A stretch of 64,000 nt of DNA from Eledone cirrhosa (taxonomy: Eukaryota): positions 278,814,001-278,878,000 of the forward strand of contig OZ024741.1 of NCBI GenBank assembly GCA_964016885.1, read 5' to 3'. Each line of letters starts with the position of its first letter. Position 1 is the stretch's first letter. Of this stretch, positions 39,721-53,136 are shown piece after piece. Both the position numbers and the translations under genes were made by a program. The notes under the pieces are model-generated. The model worked only from the letters and a program-made list of their open reading frames with translations. It searched no databases and was not told the origin of the DNA.

Positions 39721-39945
39721 CTTCTTCTGGTTTTATAATTTCACAAATCTTTTCCCAATAGAGAGAGAGTCGGTTTCTAACATAGACACAAGACTCTCTC
39801 ATTGGAATTTACACAACAACAACTAGGTAGATATGTATGTATGTCTGTATGTATGCATGTGTAGATATGGATGTTATTGTGAATGTGCATGTTTTGAGTT
39901 GTACGTGTGCATGTGTATATGCTTTGTATCTGTACATGTGTATGT
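39721..39945 (-). mobile_element. 3' UTR fragment of the R4/Dong-like family in (TATG)n
   Basis: Homologous to 36430-36660 and, reverse-complemented, to 43530-43742. Confidence 0.8.
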
Positions 39946-40139
39946 ATGTATGTATGTATGTATGTATGTATGCATGCATGTATGTATCTATCTACGTATA
40001 TCTATCTATGTATGTACGTATGTATGCATGGATGGATAGATGGATGTATGTTTGAATGTATGTATGTCTCTTTTTCTCTTATTTTCGAGTACATTTTTAA
40101 CCGGCCACCTTCCTGTCTGTCTTTCTTTCTACCTGTTTT

Positions 40140-40232
<93 letters not shown>

Positions 40233-40234
<2 letters not shown>

Positions 40235-41800
40235 CGGCAACATACTGAAAGAATACGAAACGCTGACGGGAGCAAAACTAAACCCAGACAAGTCTGTCGG
40301 TTTGCAACTCGGTACGTGGAGAGGCAAACCGATGACGACCGACAGCGTCGTTGGACGCTGGACGGACGGACCGGTGAAATTGCTCGGGGTCTGGTTCGGT
40401 CCAGACCTCCAGGTGGAGAAAAACTGGAACGAGGTCACGGCCAAGGTGTTTGCACTCACTCAGAAGTGGGCAGAGTGCAAACTGTCCTTGAAAGGTCGAG
40501 CGGAGGTGGCGAACACTTTCATAGCGTCCGTCATCTACTACCGCTTGACTGTCATGCCTTGTCCCCGTGAACACCTCACGAAGATGGAACGCATGCTCTT
40601 CCAGTTCCTGTGGAAGAAGCAGGCTCCGCTGGTGAGGAGATCCGTCTGCTGTCAGCACCCTTCCAACGGAGGGCTGGGAATGCCGTGGCTGATGATGCGT
40701 AAACATGCGCTGAGGCTGCGGCATCTCCAGGTATTCCTCACCGACCCCCAACCGGTGTGGGCACCGTTTGTGAGACAGGCTTTCCCACAGCTCGTCTCGC
40801 TAACGGAGCTGCAGTCCTGGGTGAAGAAAAGACCGAAAACGATGGGCGCCTGGCACATTGAATGCGCTCAGGCGCTCACAGTCCTCTGGCAAGCGGGCGC
40901 AGCAATCAGTGGAGACTCCACTTCGACATTCTATAGAGGGATTGTACGTTACAAGGGCGACGACGTGCTCGGAGAGACTCTGGGCGTCGAAGACGATGAG
41001 CTCACCAGTATGTTTGGTAGGACTTTCCGCCCGGGACCTATGGACAACTTCTAGAGGTCCCTGGCCTGGCAGTGCTACCGAGGAGCTCTACCGGTTCGTG
41101 ACAAGATCTACAGGCACGGACGCCCTGGCAGGGATCCTTCCAAGAGGACGTGTCCAAGATGTACGCAGGACATTGAAACAGTTCTGCACGCTATTGTACA
41201 CTGCCCGGGCGTAAGCGACCTGTGGAACTATGCAGAACAACTGCTGTCGCGTATGGGACAAATACAGTTGACTGCCGATTACATAGTAAGGATCAAACCG
41301 CCAGACTCTTTCAAAAACGAAAGAGAGGCGGTTTTCCTCTGTACGGTGGCTATGGTGAAAGAAGTTATATGGTGGACGAGGTTGAGAGGACTGAGGACAG
41401 ATGCCTTTCTCTCCGGACAACAATTGATTCCATTCTTTAAGTATCACTTTAGAAGGAGAATCAGGGTGGAGAGAGAGGCACTGCACTCCAGTAAATTTAC
41501 TGAAAGGTGGGTGAATGAAGCGAAAATGGCCCGAGTGATTGGGCCTTCTCTGTTTATAAGCCTGTAGGTTGAGGAAGAGAGCAAAAGGAAGAAAGGAGCA
41601 CTTGCACAACACGCTCCTTGAGTTGAGGGTTGTTCTATCGACGGGGTATTAAACAACCCATTTGTGGCGCCTCCCCCCTATTGGGGATTTCGATTGTTGA
41701 AATTGTTTGTTTTTATATTTTTTACACGACTGTATGTAAAATCCCCGGCATGTCTTTGTATTGTCCCCTTTCTTGTTGCGCCCTTGTGGCTAATAAAGAA
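40233..41800 (+). mobile_element. L1/Tx1-clade LINE 3' half inserted in (TCTA)n
   Basis: ORFs 40302-41054 and 41253-41567 separated by a stop; AATAAA then TCTA repeats; (CTAT)n on both flanks. Confidence 0.88.
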
Positions 41801-41869
41801 ATCTATCTATTTATCTATCTATCTATCTATCTATCTGTCTGTCTTTTCACCTGTCTGTGTCTACTACTA

Positions 41870-41929
<60 letters not shown>

Positions 41930-42225
41930 CTTTCTATCTGTCTTTGTCTGTTTAACTCTCTCTCTCTCTCTCTCTCTCTGTATAGTGTAAGTATTTCAAC
42001 TCTTAGTTAAATTGCTGGAATTCTTATATTTCTTTGATTGTTATTAGTCTAGTCTGTTCTATACAGCTTTCCTATGAACAAATAACTATGGATGTGCTTC
42101 GTGTTATCTTTATCGTTGAGCAGTTCTATAGGAAGCCAGATCGAAGAATTGTATTGGCATCTGTGCTGTTGGCATTACATTGATCTAAATTCCCCATTAT
42201 ATATGTATATATATATTCACGCGCG

Positions 42226-42317
<92 letters not shown>

Positions 42318-42474
42318 AATTCATATATTCATGTATATGTGTATCAACAAAATAAAACTTCATTTTATTTTTATTTACATTTGAACTGCCTCAATGAAAA
42401 CGTATGGAATAATAGTTGAATAGCGACTTATTCGTACCGTCGTAGATGTATTGAAATAAAGGAGATAACTCCAG

Positions 42475-42620
42475 TACTGGTCTGGTACTTCTTTATCTAC
42501 CTTAAATGGATGAAAGACAAAGTTGACCTCGGCGAGAGTTGAACTCAGACAGCAAAAAGTCGGAACGAATAGTGTAAAGCATTCTATCCAACTTTCTAAC
42601 GACTCTGCCAATTCGCCGCC
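42475..42620 (-). mobile_element. SINE copy
   Basis: Reverse-complement homology to the SINE head and body. Confidence 0.7.
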
Positions 42621-43185
42621 TATTCATACATACATACAAACATACATACATACAAACATATACATACAAACATATACATAGAAACATATATACATACACA
42701 CACACGCACACACACACACATACACACATACATACATACATGCAAACACACACATATACACACATACATATCTACATACATGCATACATGATGGCAATGG
42801 CTTGCCAGATTACAGAAAATGGTGCACTTTTAGGCTACGGCCAGCCACACTAACCTGTAACATATCTTGAACAAGCAATGCCTGTGCTTTGAAGGTTTTT
42901 TAAAGCGGGGAAAGGCCTTGCACTCGACCAATCCCACTCTCTGAGCATCAAAAATACTACCCCAAAAAGGGGAACTGGTCAACATCATCGGAAGCTTCCG
43001 AAGCCGCAGGTTTTTTTTCAGTTTCCCTCTCTTAGAAAAGTGTTGTGACAACAACTGGGGGCCTTTCATTCCCTGGTGAAAAAAAAATACTGTTTGGATG
43101 GCCGTACATACACACACACACACATACATACATACATACATACATACATACATACATACATACATACATACATACATACATACAT

Positions 43186-43742
43186 AGACCAGATATTATG
43201 ATATGGGACAGGGAGAAGAAAGCATGCACAGTAGTGGAATTTAGCTGCCCAGCAGATGCCAATATAATATCAAAGATTAGTGAAAAGGAGAATATTTATG
43301 CAGAACTGATGAGAAATCTGCAGATACTCCACTCTGATTACACCTTCCGATTTATGCCTGTGATTATTAGGGCACTGGGATATGTTAGTAACTGCCTCAA
43401 TACAAATCTTGAGAAGCTAGGCTTTACAGGAACAGAAAGAACACAACTAGTTAGGAAATTACAAGTACAATCCATTAATGGAACCATAAAAAAATGTAAA
43501 ACATTCCCAAAATTTTGCATCTAATAACTGCATATACACATGTACAGATGCAAAACATATACACATGCACACATACAACTCAAAACATCCACACATACAA
43601 TAACATCCATATCTACACATGCATACATATATATCTACCTAGTTGATGTTGTGTAAATTCCAATGAGAGAGTCTTGTGTCTATGTTAGAAACCGACTCTT
43701 CTTCTATTAGTAAAACTTTGTGAAATTATAAAACCAGAAGAA
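43186..43742 (+). mobile_element. R4/Dong-like 3' fragment (RLE domain and 3' UTR) in (CATA)n
   Basis: RPDIMIWDREKKACTVVEFSCPAD...; (CATA)n on both flanks. Confidence 0.88.
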
Positions 43743-44073
43743 CATACATACATACATACATACATACATACATACATACATACATACATACATACATACA
43801 TACATACATACATACATACATACATACGCCATGCCTTCTTGAAGATCTTCTTGTAACGAGGAATGTCATAATATGAATTCTATTCTTTCATTGACTTTCA
43901 TGTTATAAATTCAAATGAGTTCCGATAGATTTTTTTTTTTTACAAAACCAACAGAAAGTAATACAACCTCTTTCATGCATGAAAATAACAACTGTGAAAC
44001 ACACAGTATGTCTACATAAAAAACAAAAACAAAAACATTTGAAGAGAAATATATGATATAGTAAGTAAGACGA

Positions 44074-44258
44074 TAATTGTTTCTACTTTTGGCACAAGGC
44101 CAGCAATTATTCCAGTGTATTACTGGTACTTTATTTTATCGACCCCGTAAGGATGAGAGGCAAAGTTAACCTCGGCGGGATTTGAACTCAGACTGCAAAG
44201 AGCTGTAACTCTATGCTAGAAAGCATGGCGTCCGGCCCTCTACCGATACTGCCAATCC
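44074..44258 (-). mobile_element. SINE subfamily A copy
   Basis: Homology to 17958-18141. Confidence 0.8.
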
Positions 44259-45124
44259 ACCAGAACGATAATATCACAAGGTTCGTTCTTATCTCAAAAG
44301 ATACTGACTGTTATGAGAGGGGAGAGGAGGTAGTGCAAGGGGAGTTACATGAAAGATGGGGGCGGGCAGTACTATCCTCTGTCCTTTAGTAAATTATCGT
44401 CATCAGCTTGAGGGATGGCAATCTTATCGAAATACATTTTTGGGTTTATTTATGTTTATAACGTATCTTTCTAGAACACTCTCTCTCCATCTCTCCTTCT
44501 CACCCTCTCTCTCCTTCTCTCCCTCCTCTCTATCTCCCTCTCCTCTGTTTCTTCCTCTCCCTCTCTCCTTCCTCTCTCTCCCCCTCTCCCTCCCTCCCTC
44601 TCCCTCTCTCTTTATCTTCCTCTCCTCACTCACACTCTCTCACACCCTTACTCTTTCTCTTTCCGTGGAAGAAATCAACTGTGCCCCATCCTGGAGAAGG
44701 GATGGGTCCCATCATGTTTAAAATGACCAATAATGTAGTTAGTGTACTGTGACTTAACTTTACTCCTCAAGATGGTATCTAAATGTCTGATTCTGTGGCG
44801 TAGGATGATTTCTAATATATATATTATCTTCTATATTTTGTTAACCAGTTAGATTGTTTCATTACCACTTTAAACTGCAGCTAACTCCTTGGCGTACTTT
44901 CAGAAATATAGCAGCTGTATTGAAGCACGTATCGGTTATCGATATGTTTCATTACATATTTGTATAAAGTGTCCGGGGATAACAGCAATAACATTGACAG
45001 AATATAGTTGGTTTTTCAGTAATGTCGAAAAAGGTGATCCGACTTACTAAGCTTAGAGAAATTTGAAAAGTCCTCAAACTACGCTTTCAATTTATTTTTT
45101 CTAAGCTATATATATATATATATA

Positions 45125-45400
45125 GTGAAGGCGCGTGGCTTAGTGGTTAGAGCATTGGGCTTGCAATCGAAAGGTTGTGAGTTCAATTCTCGGACCGGGT
45201 GATATGTTGTTTCCTTGAGCAAGACACTTTATTTCACGTTGCTCCAGTTTACTCAGCTGTAGAAATGAGATGAGGAGGTACCGGCCTTCCCGCCCAGCCA
45301 GTGGGATGGCGTTATCTTATGGCTAAAACACCACGACGTGCTTTGACCAGCGGCGCCGAATGGACGCCCGACAGACTGGTCGGTCAAGGTCAAGGTGATA
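45125..45400 (+). mobile_element. tRNA-derived CORE-type SINE
   Basis: A box tggcttagtgg, B box gttcaattct, ccttgagcaagacact...ccagtttactcagctgtagaaatg resembles the MIR CORE domain. Confidence 0.75.
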
Positions 45401-45404
45401 TATA

Positions 45405-46360
45405 TATAACGGTTTACCAACAACTTAATAACGGTTAATACAAACCCTAGAAAAGATAATTTGTAGATAAAAATGCATAAAATAATATACCTACAATAAC
45501 ATGGCCAGTAATTCGGTGGAATTTACATTTAACAAACAAACACCTATTGACTATAAACGACTCAAAGTAATCCCATGCTTAATAGCTGTGAGTTACAAAC
45601 AACACATACACATGCATACGAACTACAACACAAAAACACTTGAATGAAATTCACATATCCAACTCTATCACGTGCTTTGCATTACACCTCACATAACAAA
45701 TACCTACATTATCACTACATGCCTCTCTAACAAATTGCACGCTATCTTAAACATCTATAACAATTATAACATGCTTTAACACCCCACACAAAATATGTTT
45801 ATTTCAACTGCATTATAACTCTTTCCTCATACATGCCTTATTGACTGTATTGACTCCTGCATTGTACACCCATAACATTAACTGTTCTCTAATGTTAAGA
45901 TATCTTATATCTTATATCTTATGTCTATCCTATCCCACACTTTTCTTTGCTTATAACTATTTTGCCTGTACTTTTTGCTTATACCTCTTACACAGTGCTG
46001 CCTGTAATTGTGTTCTCTCAAGCATAACATCTTTTTAACTCCTGACTTTCCACATGATGTCTATGACACTAACACCAATTATGTACCCTAAATGTTCAGA
46101 ATGACTAGGATTTTAGTCACATGTTTCGACATTCCCTATGCTCCGATGATTCCAGACTTCCCTCTGGAAGAAACATTTGTCAGCAAATAAATGTTCTAAA
46201 CTAAAATTTGATCATTTTAACACTTTGTATCTCGGCTCTGTAAAACACTTGAACATTTGCATTGAGCCTTTTGTCATACCGGTAACCGGCTAGTACTTAG
46301 TACTACCCTCCGTATTTATAGTTGTATCAAACATATATAAATATAAATATTCTTATTACT
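45405..46360 (+). mobile_element. PLE 3' region / pLTR related to 14600-15510
   Basis: Shared 3' motifs (gctctgtaaaaca, gcattgagc, tttatagttgt) and HHR position. Confidence 0.6.
46139..46185 (+). ncRNA. Type I hammerhead with CCGAUGA core
   Basis: tgct-CCGATGA-ttccaga-cttccc-tctggaa-GAAA-catttg-TC-agca. Confidence 0.8.
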
Positions 46361-46376
46361 ATATATATATATATAT

Positions 46377-46540
46377 AACAAAGAAAATGTGGTAAGGAAC
46401 TAGGTGGAGCATAACGCATCAGAGTACTCGATAGTTAGGGTAGTAGCGTGGATAATGGGAAAAGCGGCCTGCTGGCTTAGTTCAGATCTAGCTGTCGAAT
46501 CGGCCGGAGCTCAGCCGCCGGGGTCCTGACTCTTTTCCTA
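46377..46540. mobile_element. Short fold-back element with half a hammerhead (family also at 52227-52366, 53135-53280, 54529-54720, 56679-56835 and fragment 22778-22817)
   Basis: Shared ataacgca...gtactc.atacttagggtagtagagtgggtaat plus gtcGAAAcggc..gagctcagccgTCgggg; mostly flanked by (TA)n. Confidence 0.75.
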
Positions 46541-46554
46541 TATATATATATATA

Positions 46555-48106
46555 TATAACAGAGGATGTCTGTATGTCTGTCTGTGTATCTGTCTGTCTG
46601 TGTAAATCCTTAAAACTCGAGAAGTACCCGACCGATTTTTTTCAAACTTTATACATGCGTTACTTATATTTCTTGCAATGAACTAACACAATTTTAACTT
46701 TTTCTGCATTAGGCGAAAAACCGCATTTTAAAGGCATTTTTAGGCTTTTTTGAGGCGTAACTTAAAGATAATCCAGCCGATTCCCTCGAAATTTACAGCA
46801 CATATTAGTTAGTCGCCTGACATTGCTGTGGACAAAAAGTATTTCCGATTCCATTAATGGTTTCTAGGAAATTTACGATTTAGCATTGGGCATTACATGC
46901 CATTTTCATTTTCAATATAAACGCTACTTAAACATCGTAAGTAGCGTATAATATTTCGTTTAAAATTTGGTTTATTTAACAGAGGACACAACACTTACTT
47001 TTAAGCAAGACCATTTTCGGGGGATTGAGGAAATGAGAGGACTTTAAAATTTGTGTCGGCGCCCTGATGACGCTTCGTTGCACCTACACCGCTGAATGAA
47101 CGCCCTGCGCAAGTGTGCCGAACAGCGGTTGTGCTAATTCCGCGGTGACCCGTTTTGTCGCACCTTTGTTGCTGTGTAAACGCAATGCAACCAGTGCCAC
47201 ACAGCGTTTGTGTTAATTGCACTATGACCCCTTCTGCTGCAGCTGCGTTGCCACGCTGATTTCGTCATCTCAATATCCCTACTTAAACGTACATCCCTAC
47301 TGGTTTTCACACAATTGACTACGTCGCTTCTTCAGACTGACGTGTGTTCCCTATCCGTGACGTAATTCGTGAACAGACTTACGACATACATCGCCCCTCC
47401 TTTCGCATACAGTATTTCCGCAATCAGCCCACTGACACTGCTACTACTGGTATCCCTGCTCGAGATCAATTCTCCATTCATTCCACAGAAAGTTGGTAAG
47501 TACACTATACTTTTTTCACCAGTTTTAAGCAATTGTATTGACTATGACGCCTTTCAATAGCCTAGCACTTCATTTCCGCCCACTTTTAGTTTTCGTGGCG
47601 TTGTATACGTTGTGCGGCATTAATCCTACTTTCCCAGTTACAGCAGTAGTAAAAGTACTAGAATTTACGAAGAGGCTATGGTCTCCTGTGGGGAAGGCCC
47701 AACATGCTGTGCGGTTGCATGACATGTCTTACTCAAGCATTGCAGGCTTTACTCTGTACAGTATGCATGCAGGTGCATTAGACATAACTGGTGATGTCTG
47801 TCCGGATGACTGGGTGCGAATCTATAAAACTCGAAAAGTACCTAACCGATTTTCTCCAAATGGAAGAAAAATCATACTCTAAGATTTAGTACGCTTAAAG
47901 AGTGTCCAGCTGATTTTCTTCAGATTTTGCACATGCATGCAGCTGTTTCACGATTCGGGCCTGCTGGTGTTCTACGTTTCCAGTAGATGAATAATCATTC
48001 CCTGAGAATAAGGGAATTCAAGTACACAGCTATATTCCTCAATATTTGCATATGCGTGTTGCTATTTCACGTTTTCTACCCCGTTCAACGCCGGGCCCTG
48101 CTGCTA
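46555..48106 (+). mobile_element. Non-autonomous Helitron-like element
   Basis: 5' gaggatgtctgt(ctgt)n...aaaactcgagaa...ccgatttttttcaaactt; 3' hairpin cccg-ttcaacgc-cggg followed by ctgcta. Confidence 0.6.
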
Positions 48107-48113
48107 TATATAT

Positions 48114-50234
48114 AAATTAATAAAAACAATGAATAAAAACAAAGAACAAGTTCCTTATATTAAAAACTTCATCATTTTACGATCGTTTCTAGGATATATA
48201 TGTGTGTTAGTATGTATATCATATAGATCTATGTAAAAATATTACAAACTATCAGAGGAAATATACATACCTTCACATATATATATGCTGTCTTCAGAAA
48301 TAATGGGATTTGTTTATTGAAAAAAAACAACAAAGATTTAATATAATAGGTCTGTTTGGGAACAGGTTTTGAATTGACCAATAGAAAAGTAGTTAGAGGT
48401 CAAGTTGATAGAATAGTAGTAGTAGAAATTTAATTTAGGGGTAGCGGAATGCAGACTTATGTTTTGAATGGAAAGAATACTTTGAATGAAAAGAATACTT
48501 TGGGGATGAAAAGATGTCAAGCCGGTGAAGGGTACACGAAAAGTTGATGTTGTTAAAGAATAATGTTAAAAACGAAGGAGAGTAAAATTTTAGGGTAAAG
48601 GTATTAGTGAGACATACCAATCTTATTTAAAACACAAGGAATTTAGATCTATAACAAGAAATTAAATTAATTGATAGGTATACTTATAGGGATAAATTTA
48701 TATTAATTCATATGGATGTGATAAATACGAATTAGATGTTATTAAAGAATGTTGTTAAAAACGAAGGAAAATAAAATTTTGGGATAAGTGTAGTAGTGAT
48801 ATATACCAATCTTATATAGACTACAAGGAATCTAGATTCATAACAGGAAATTTAATTAATTTATATGTATACTTTTAGGTATTAATTTTAGGAAAAGAGA
48901 GCTGTAAGAGGGAAATAAAATTATGAAGTTCTCTGTAGTAAAGTACTAATTATAGGTTAACTAAATTTAAAAAACTAATTATAATAATATGTAAAATATA
49001 AGTGTAAAAAAAATTAATTATAATAATATGTAAAATATGTAAAATATAAGTTCTTCTAATTCTATGATTGCAAGATATAATTAATTATTGTCACTTATTT
49101 AATAGGATATCCTTAGATTTCATTATTTTGTGCCTAAAAGTAGAAACAATTATTTCAAAAAGTTCCTGGGAGCATAATCTACACTCATATCTGTTATTTT
49201 GATAAGGGGTGGCCCTTTTGAGCACTCTCCAGGTCAGGTTGTAATCGATATTCTTTTTTCTATAATTATTAATTGCTTCAGCCAAGGATGTTGTATTAGC
49301 TAATGCGGCATTTTAAAAACTATGTTTGTGGGTATTAAATCTTATTTTAAACTGGTTAGATGTAGCTCCTATATATGAATAAGTTGAGTCCTTAGTGCTA
49401 ATTTTACATTTATATACTATGTTATTAATAAGACAATTTCCCTTTAATGGGCAATTTCTTTTGTTTCTACGGTTACAACGATTCGTGAATATTATATCAG
49501 GGGAGTTAGTCAAATTTGGTGTGGAATTTACTCGACTTGTTATATGTGAAGGAGATGGTGGTTTGTTACGGTTTATTTTAGTATTATGGTTGGTTTGATG
49601 TGTTGGTGGTATATTCGTGGTTATTTTACATTTATATGCGTTGTACGCACTTATATTTTGTTGTATATTTTTGGTAGTGGAGTAGGAAAATTTGACAGTT
49701 GATCTATTTAAAATTTGATTGTATTTCTGGTTTGGCGGGAAGTTTTTCTCTAGGATAGTAAAAGTTTTTTTAGGAATATTATCTTTAAATTGTAGATTAA
49801 ATGGAGCATTATACCAAGTAACTCGTCTATTACGGTTTCGATGTTGTTTAAATATAAAAAACAACCTCAAAACCGTAATAGACGAGTTACTTGGTATAAT
49901 GCTCCATTTAATCTACAAATTAAAGATAATATGCCTAAAAAATTTATGTGAAGGTATGTATGTTTCCTCTGATAGTTTGTAATATTTTTACATAGATCTA
50001 TATGATATACATACCAACACACATATATATCCTAGAAACGATCGTAAAATGATGATTTTTTTAATATAAGGAACTTGTTCTTTGTTTTTATTCATTGTTT
50101 TTATTAATTTATCTTGACTCTGTTTTCCTGTGATTTTCATCGAACATTTTTGAATGCATTTTCTCTTTTCATGATATTTGGATTACATTGAGTTCTTCAT
50201 ACGGATTGGACACTACCGTATATTTTGGTAGATT

Positions 50235-50240
<6 letters not shown>
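48114..50240 (-). mobile_element. Penelope-like element (linker and GIY-YIG, frameshifted) with an inverted partial pLTR
   Basis: ORF 49313-49870 VTWYNAPFNL...VKFSYS...CPLKGNC...IVYKC...YIGAT...RFNTH; arms 48114-48279 / 49945-50110. Confidence 0.88.
48170..48305 (-). ncRNA. Type I hammerhead with a ~100-nt stem II domain
   Basis: Reverse complement: cattattt-CTGAAGA-cag.catatatatatgtg...cacatatatat.cta-GAAA-cgatcg-TA-aaatgatg (8-bp stem I). Confidence 0.75.
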
Positions 50241-50321
<81 letters not shown>

Positions 50322-50327
50322 GCATAT

Positions 50328-50627
50328 AAATAACAGGAGGCTGGACTGGTGTAAATCCTTGAAAGGTTTATTTTACTATGATCATTTCAATGACCGGGTT
50401 CCATATGAATCCGGTGATATCATCAGGTATTCGATATATAACAAAGGAATATGTAAAAACCATGGGTCCGAAAAATCAGAGACAGAGAGGACGACTGACC
50501 AACTAGCTGTCTTCACCTCGGCCAGTCGCCCTCAAAGTGATGGCAACTCAGTCTACTAATGACCATCTGGTGAGGGGACGAAGGCTTATAATGTACTACC
50601 ACCTCTCCATTTAAAGAATAAAAAAGG

Positions 50628-50677
<50 letters not shown>

Positions 50678-52180
50678 AGAAAAAAGAAAGAAAGAAGTCA
50701 GCGTAAGGGTCACATTACAGTCAAGCTAGAAAACGCAGCGAAAAATGTTATTCTAAAGAATCAATATTTTAACAAAGGCATATATAATGGGTGTCTGTAT
50801 GGTCTAATGTGTGAACAGAAATTTGGAACGTTAACTAATGTTAAGAGTTAAAGGATGAAATTAAATTAAAAAATAATAAATTGAAAATTGGAAAATAAAT
50901 TAAAAAAATTATTTAATGAACTTACAGAGAGAGTCTTATATGAAAAAGTTAATCTCGATAAGATATCAGGGTGAGATAAAGATTAAAGCCTTCGAATGTG
51001 AATCCCAGCCAGCACCTCCTAACCACGTGTCAGCCAGTTTCGAGTGATATCGTCCAGCGAAAGAAATGGAAATTAATTTTTCCGAGTACTCTAGGAACGT
51101 AGCTACACTAGGCCCCGGGTGTGCTAGCGGGAAGTCTACTATTTCAACAGGCCATCGTCTATACCAAACGAATACTATTAATTCACACATGAGGGATTTA
51201 TTTACGTGCCAGTAGAGGCATGATACAGCTAACAGATATGCCTAAGCCTGGAGTTTATAGGTATAAGTATAATATGGCGGTCAAAACAGGCGGCGCGGCG
51301 GGCCCGGGGCAAGGCAAGCCGCTCCGAGTAATTTCGTTTACCGAAAGAGGCGAAATTTATTTTTCCAAGCACTCAAGGAAGGCAGAACTTTCCGAGCGAC
51401 CATCGCGCAGCCGGGAAAAGCCACCACATCAATTGAAGGTAGCAAAACTCAATAAAGAGTGCAAATAGACTATAATTATTTTAAAGTCCCAGTTAGTCCG
51501 GGTTATAAGTAGTGTGGTTCTTTGGTGGGTAGGGGGCTATGAAAGGTGCATAATGACCTGAGTAAGGAAAGTTGCAAATAAATAAAAGTAGGATACAAAG
51601 ATAAAATACAAAGATAAAGAATACATTGATAAAAATACATTAATAAACTAATAAAAGTAAAAAGTAAAATACATAAATAAAACGTCTTCATAACTAGGGT
51701 AGTGATGTAGTAAGACGGAAGTATATAAGAACATATCGGAGGAATCAGAGCAAAGGGGAAATACAATATAGATCAAGTTGTAGTAAGATAATACAGGTTG
51801 CACATATAGATATAGAGGATGGAAGAGATGGAATGGTAACAGGTGGTACCTAGTGCAAAGTTCGGGTCTCCGAATTCAGTGTGAATTTTTCGGACCCATG
51901 ATTTTTACATATTCCTTTGTTATATTTCGAATACCTGATGATATCACCGGATTCATATGGAACCCGGTCATTGAAATGATCATAGTATAATAAACCTTTC
52001 AAGGATTTACACCAGTCCAGCCTCCTGTTATTTTTATTTATAATTAACTCCGTATTCGCACCACCAACTACACGAACGAAGACGGGTGAACTGCACTACG
52101 TTGAGTACTCTCCACAATATTACACGAAGATTGACCATACGGAATGACCAATTCCATCCAGTGGTGAACCAACAAACCTA
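50328..52180 (-). mobile_element. ORF-less PLE-like element bounded by inverted HHR-bearing repeats (50328-50475 / 51886-52033)
   Basis: HHRs at 50373-50430 (-) and 51931-51988 (+): atac-CTGATGA-tat.accgg...ccggt.att-GAAA-tgatca-TA-gtat. Confidence 0.75.
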
Positions 52181-52182
52181 AA

Positions 52183-52228
<46 letters not shown>

Positions 52229-52362
52229 CGGAGGAAATGTGGTAAGGAACCAGGTGGACCATAACGCACCAAAGTACTCAATACTTAGGGTAGTAGAGTG
52301 GGTAATAGTCCAGAATTAGCCGTTGAAACGGCTTGAGCTCAGCCGTCGGGGTCCTGCTCGTT

Positions 52363-52406
<44 letters not shown>

Positions 52407-52452
52407 TTGTTATACTTTGGGAGGGTCATGTTGCCAATAAGAATATATATAT

Positions 52453-52571
<119 letters not shown>

Positions 52572-52873
52572 AGGCCGGGTGAAGTGACAAGAATACTTAC
52601 GCCGGTTTTAGATAACTAATATGTTTGGTAGTTATCTTGATTTCAATATTTGTGATGTTGTAATCAGTGGACTCAGCATGGCGGCCTAGTGGTTAAGTGA
52701 TCCACTTAGCACCTATTAGGTCCCAGGTTTGGGGGCAAGTGTGACATTTACCATAGTCACAAGCCGACCCGTACTTTATGTGTGAATTTCGGTATCCGGA
52801 AATTGATTGGAATCCCATGTGTTTTTATATATATATGTAATTATGTAATATTTAATTATGTAATAAATAACAT

Positions 52874-53070
52874 AAGGTTTCGCGAAGACAGACGAGCTCA
52901 ACAGAGACGTCTGAAATCGCTCATCAGAATCTGTTGAGCTCGTCAGTCTCCGTGAAACCTTTGGTAAATGGAATAATTGTCTCATGTTGTTTATTACACA
53001 ATTAAATAGCTCTGTAGCATACATAGATCACTCTCCTTTCCTTTACCCTTCCTACGGAAATACTTCATAT
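52874..53070. mobile_element. pLTR fragment with a fold-back hairpin (52874-52961) that splits an HHR between strands
   Basis: 32-bp arms; homologous to the reverse complement of 62535-62693. Confidence 0.65.
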
Positions 53071-53077
53071 ATATATA

Positions 53078-53136
<59 letters not shown>

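Noticed and set aside
42830-43100. Possible additional LINE coding fragment
   Set aside because: Similarity is too weak to assign without a database search
47001-47882. Short ORFs inside the Helitron-like element as captured host exons
   Set aside because: No recognisable protein motif or clear splice structure
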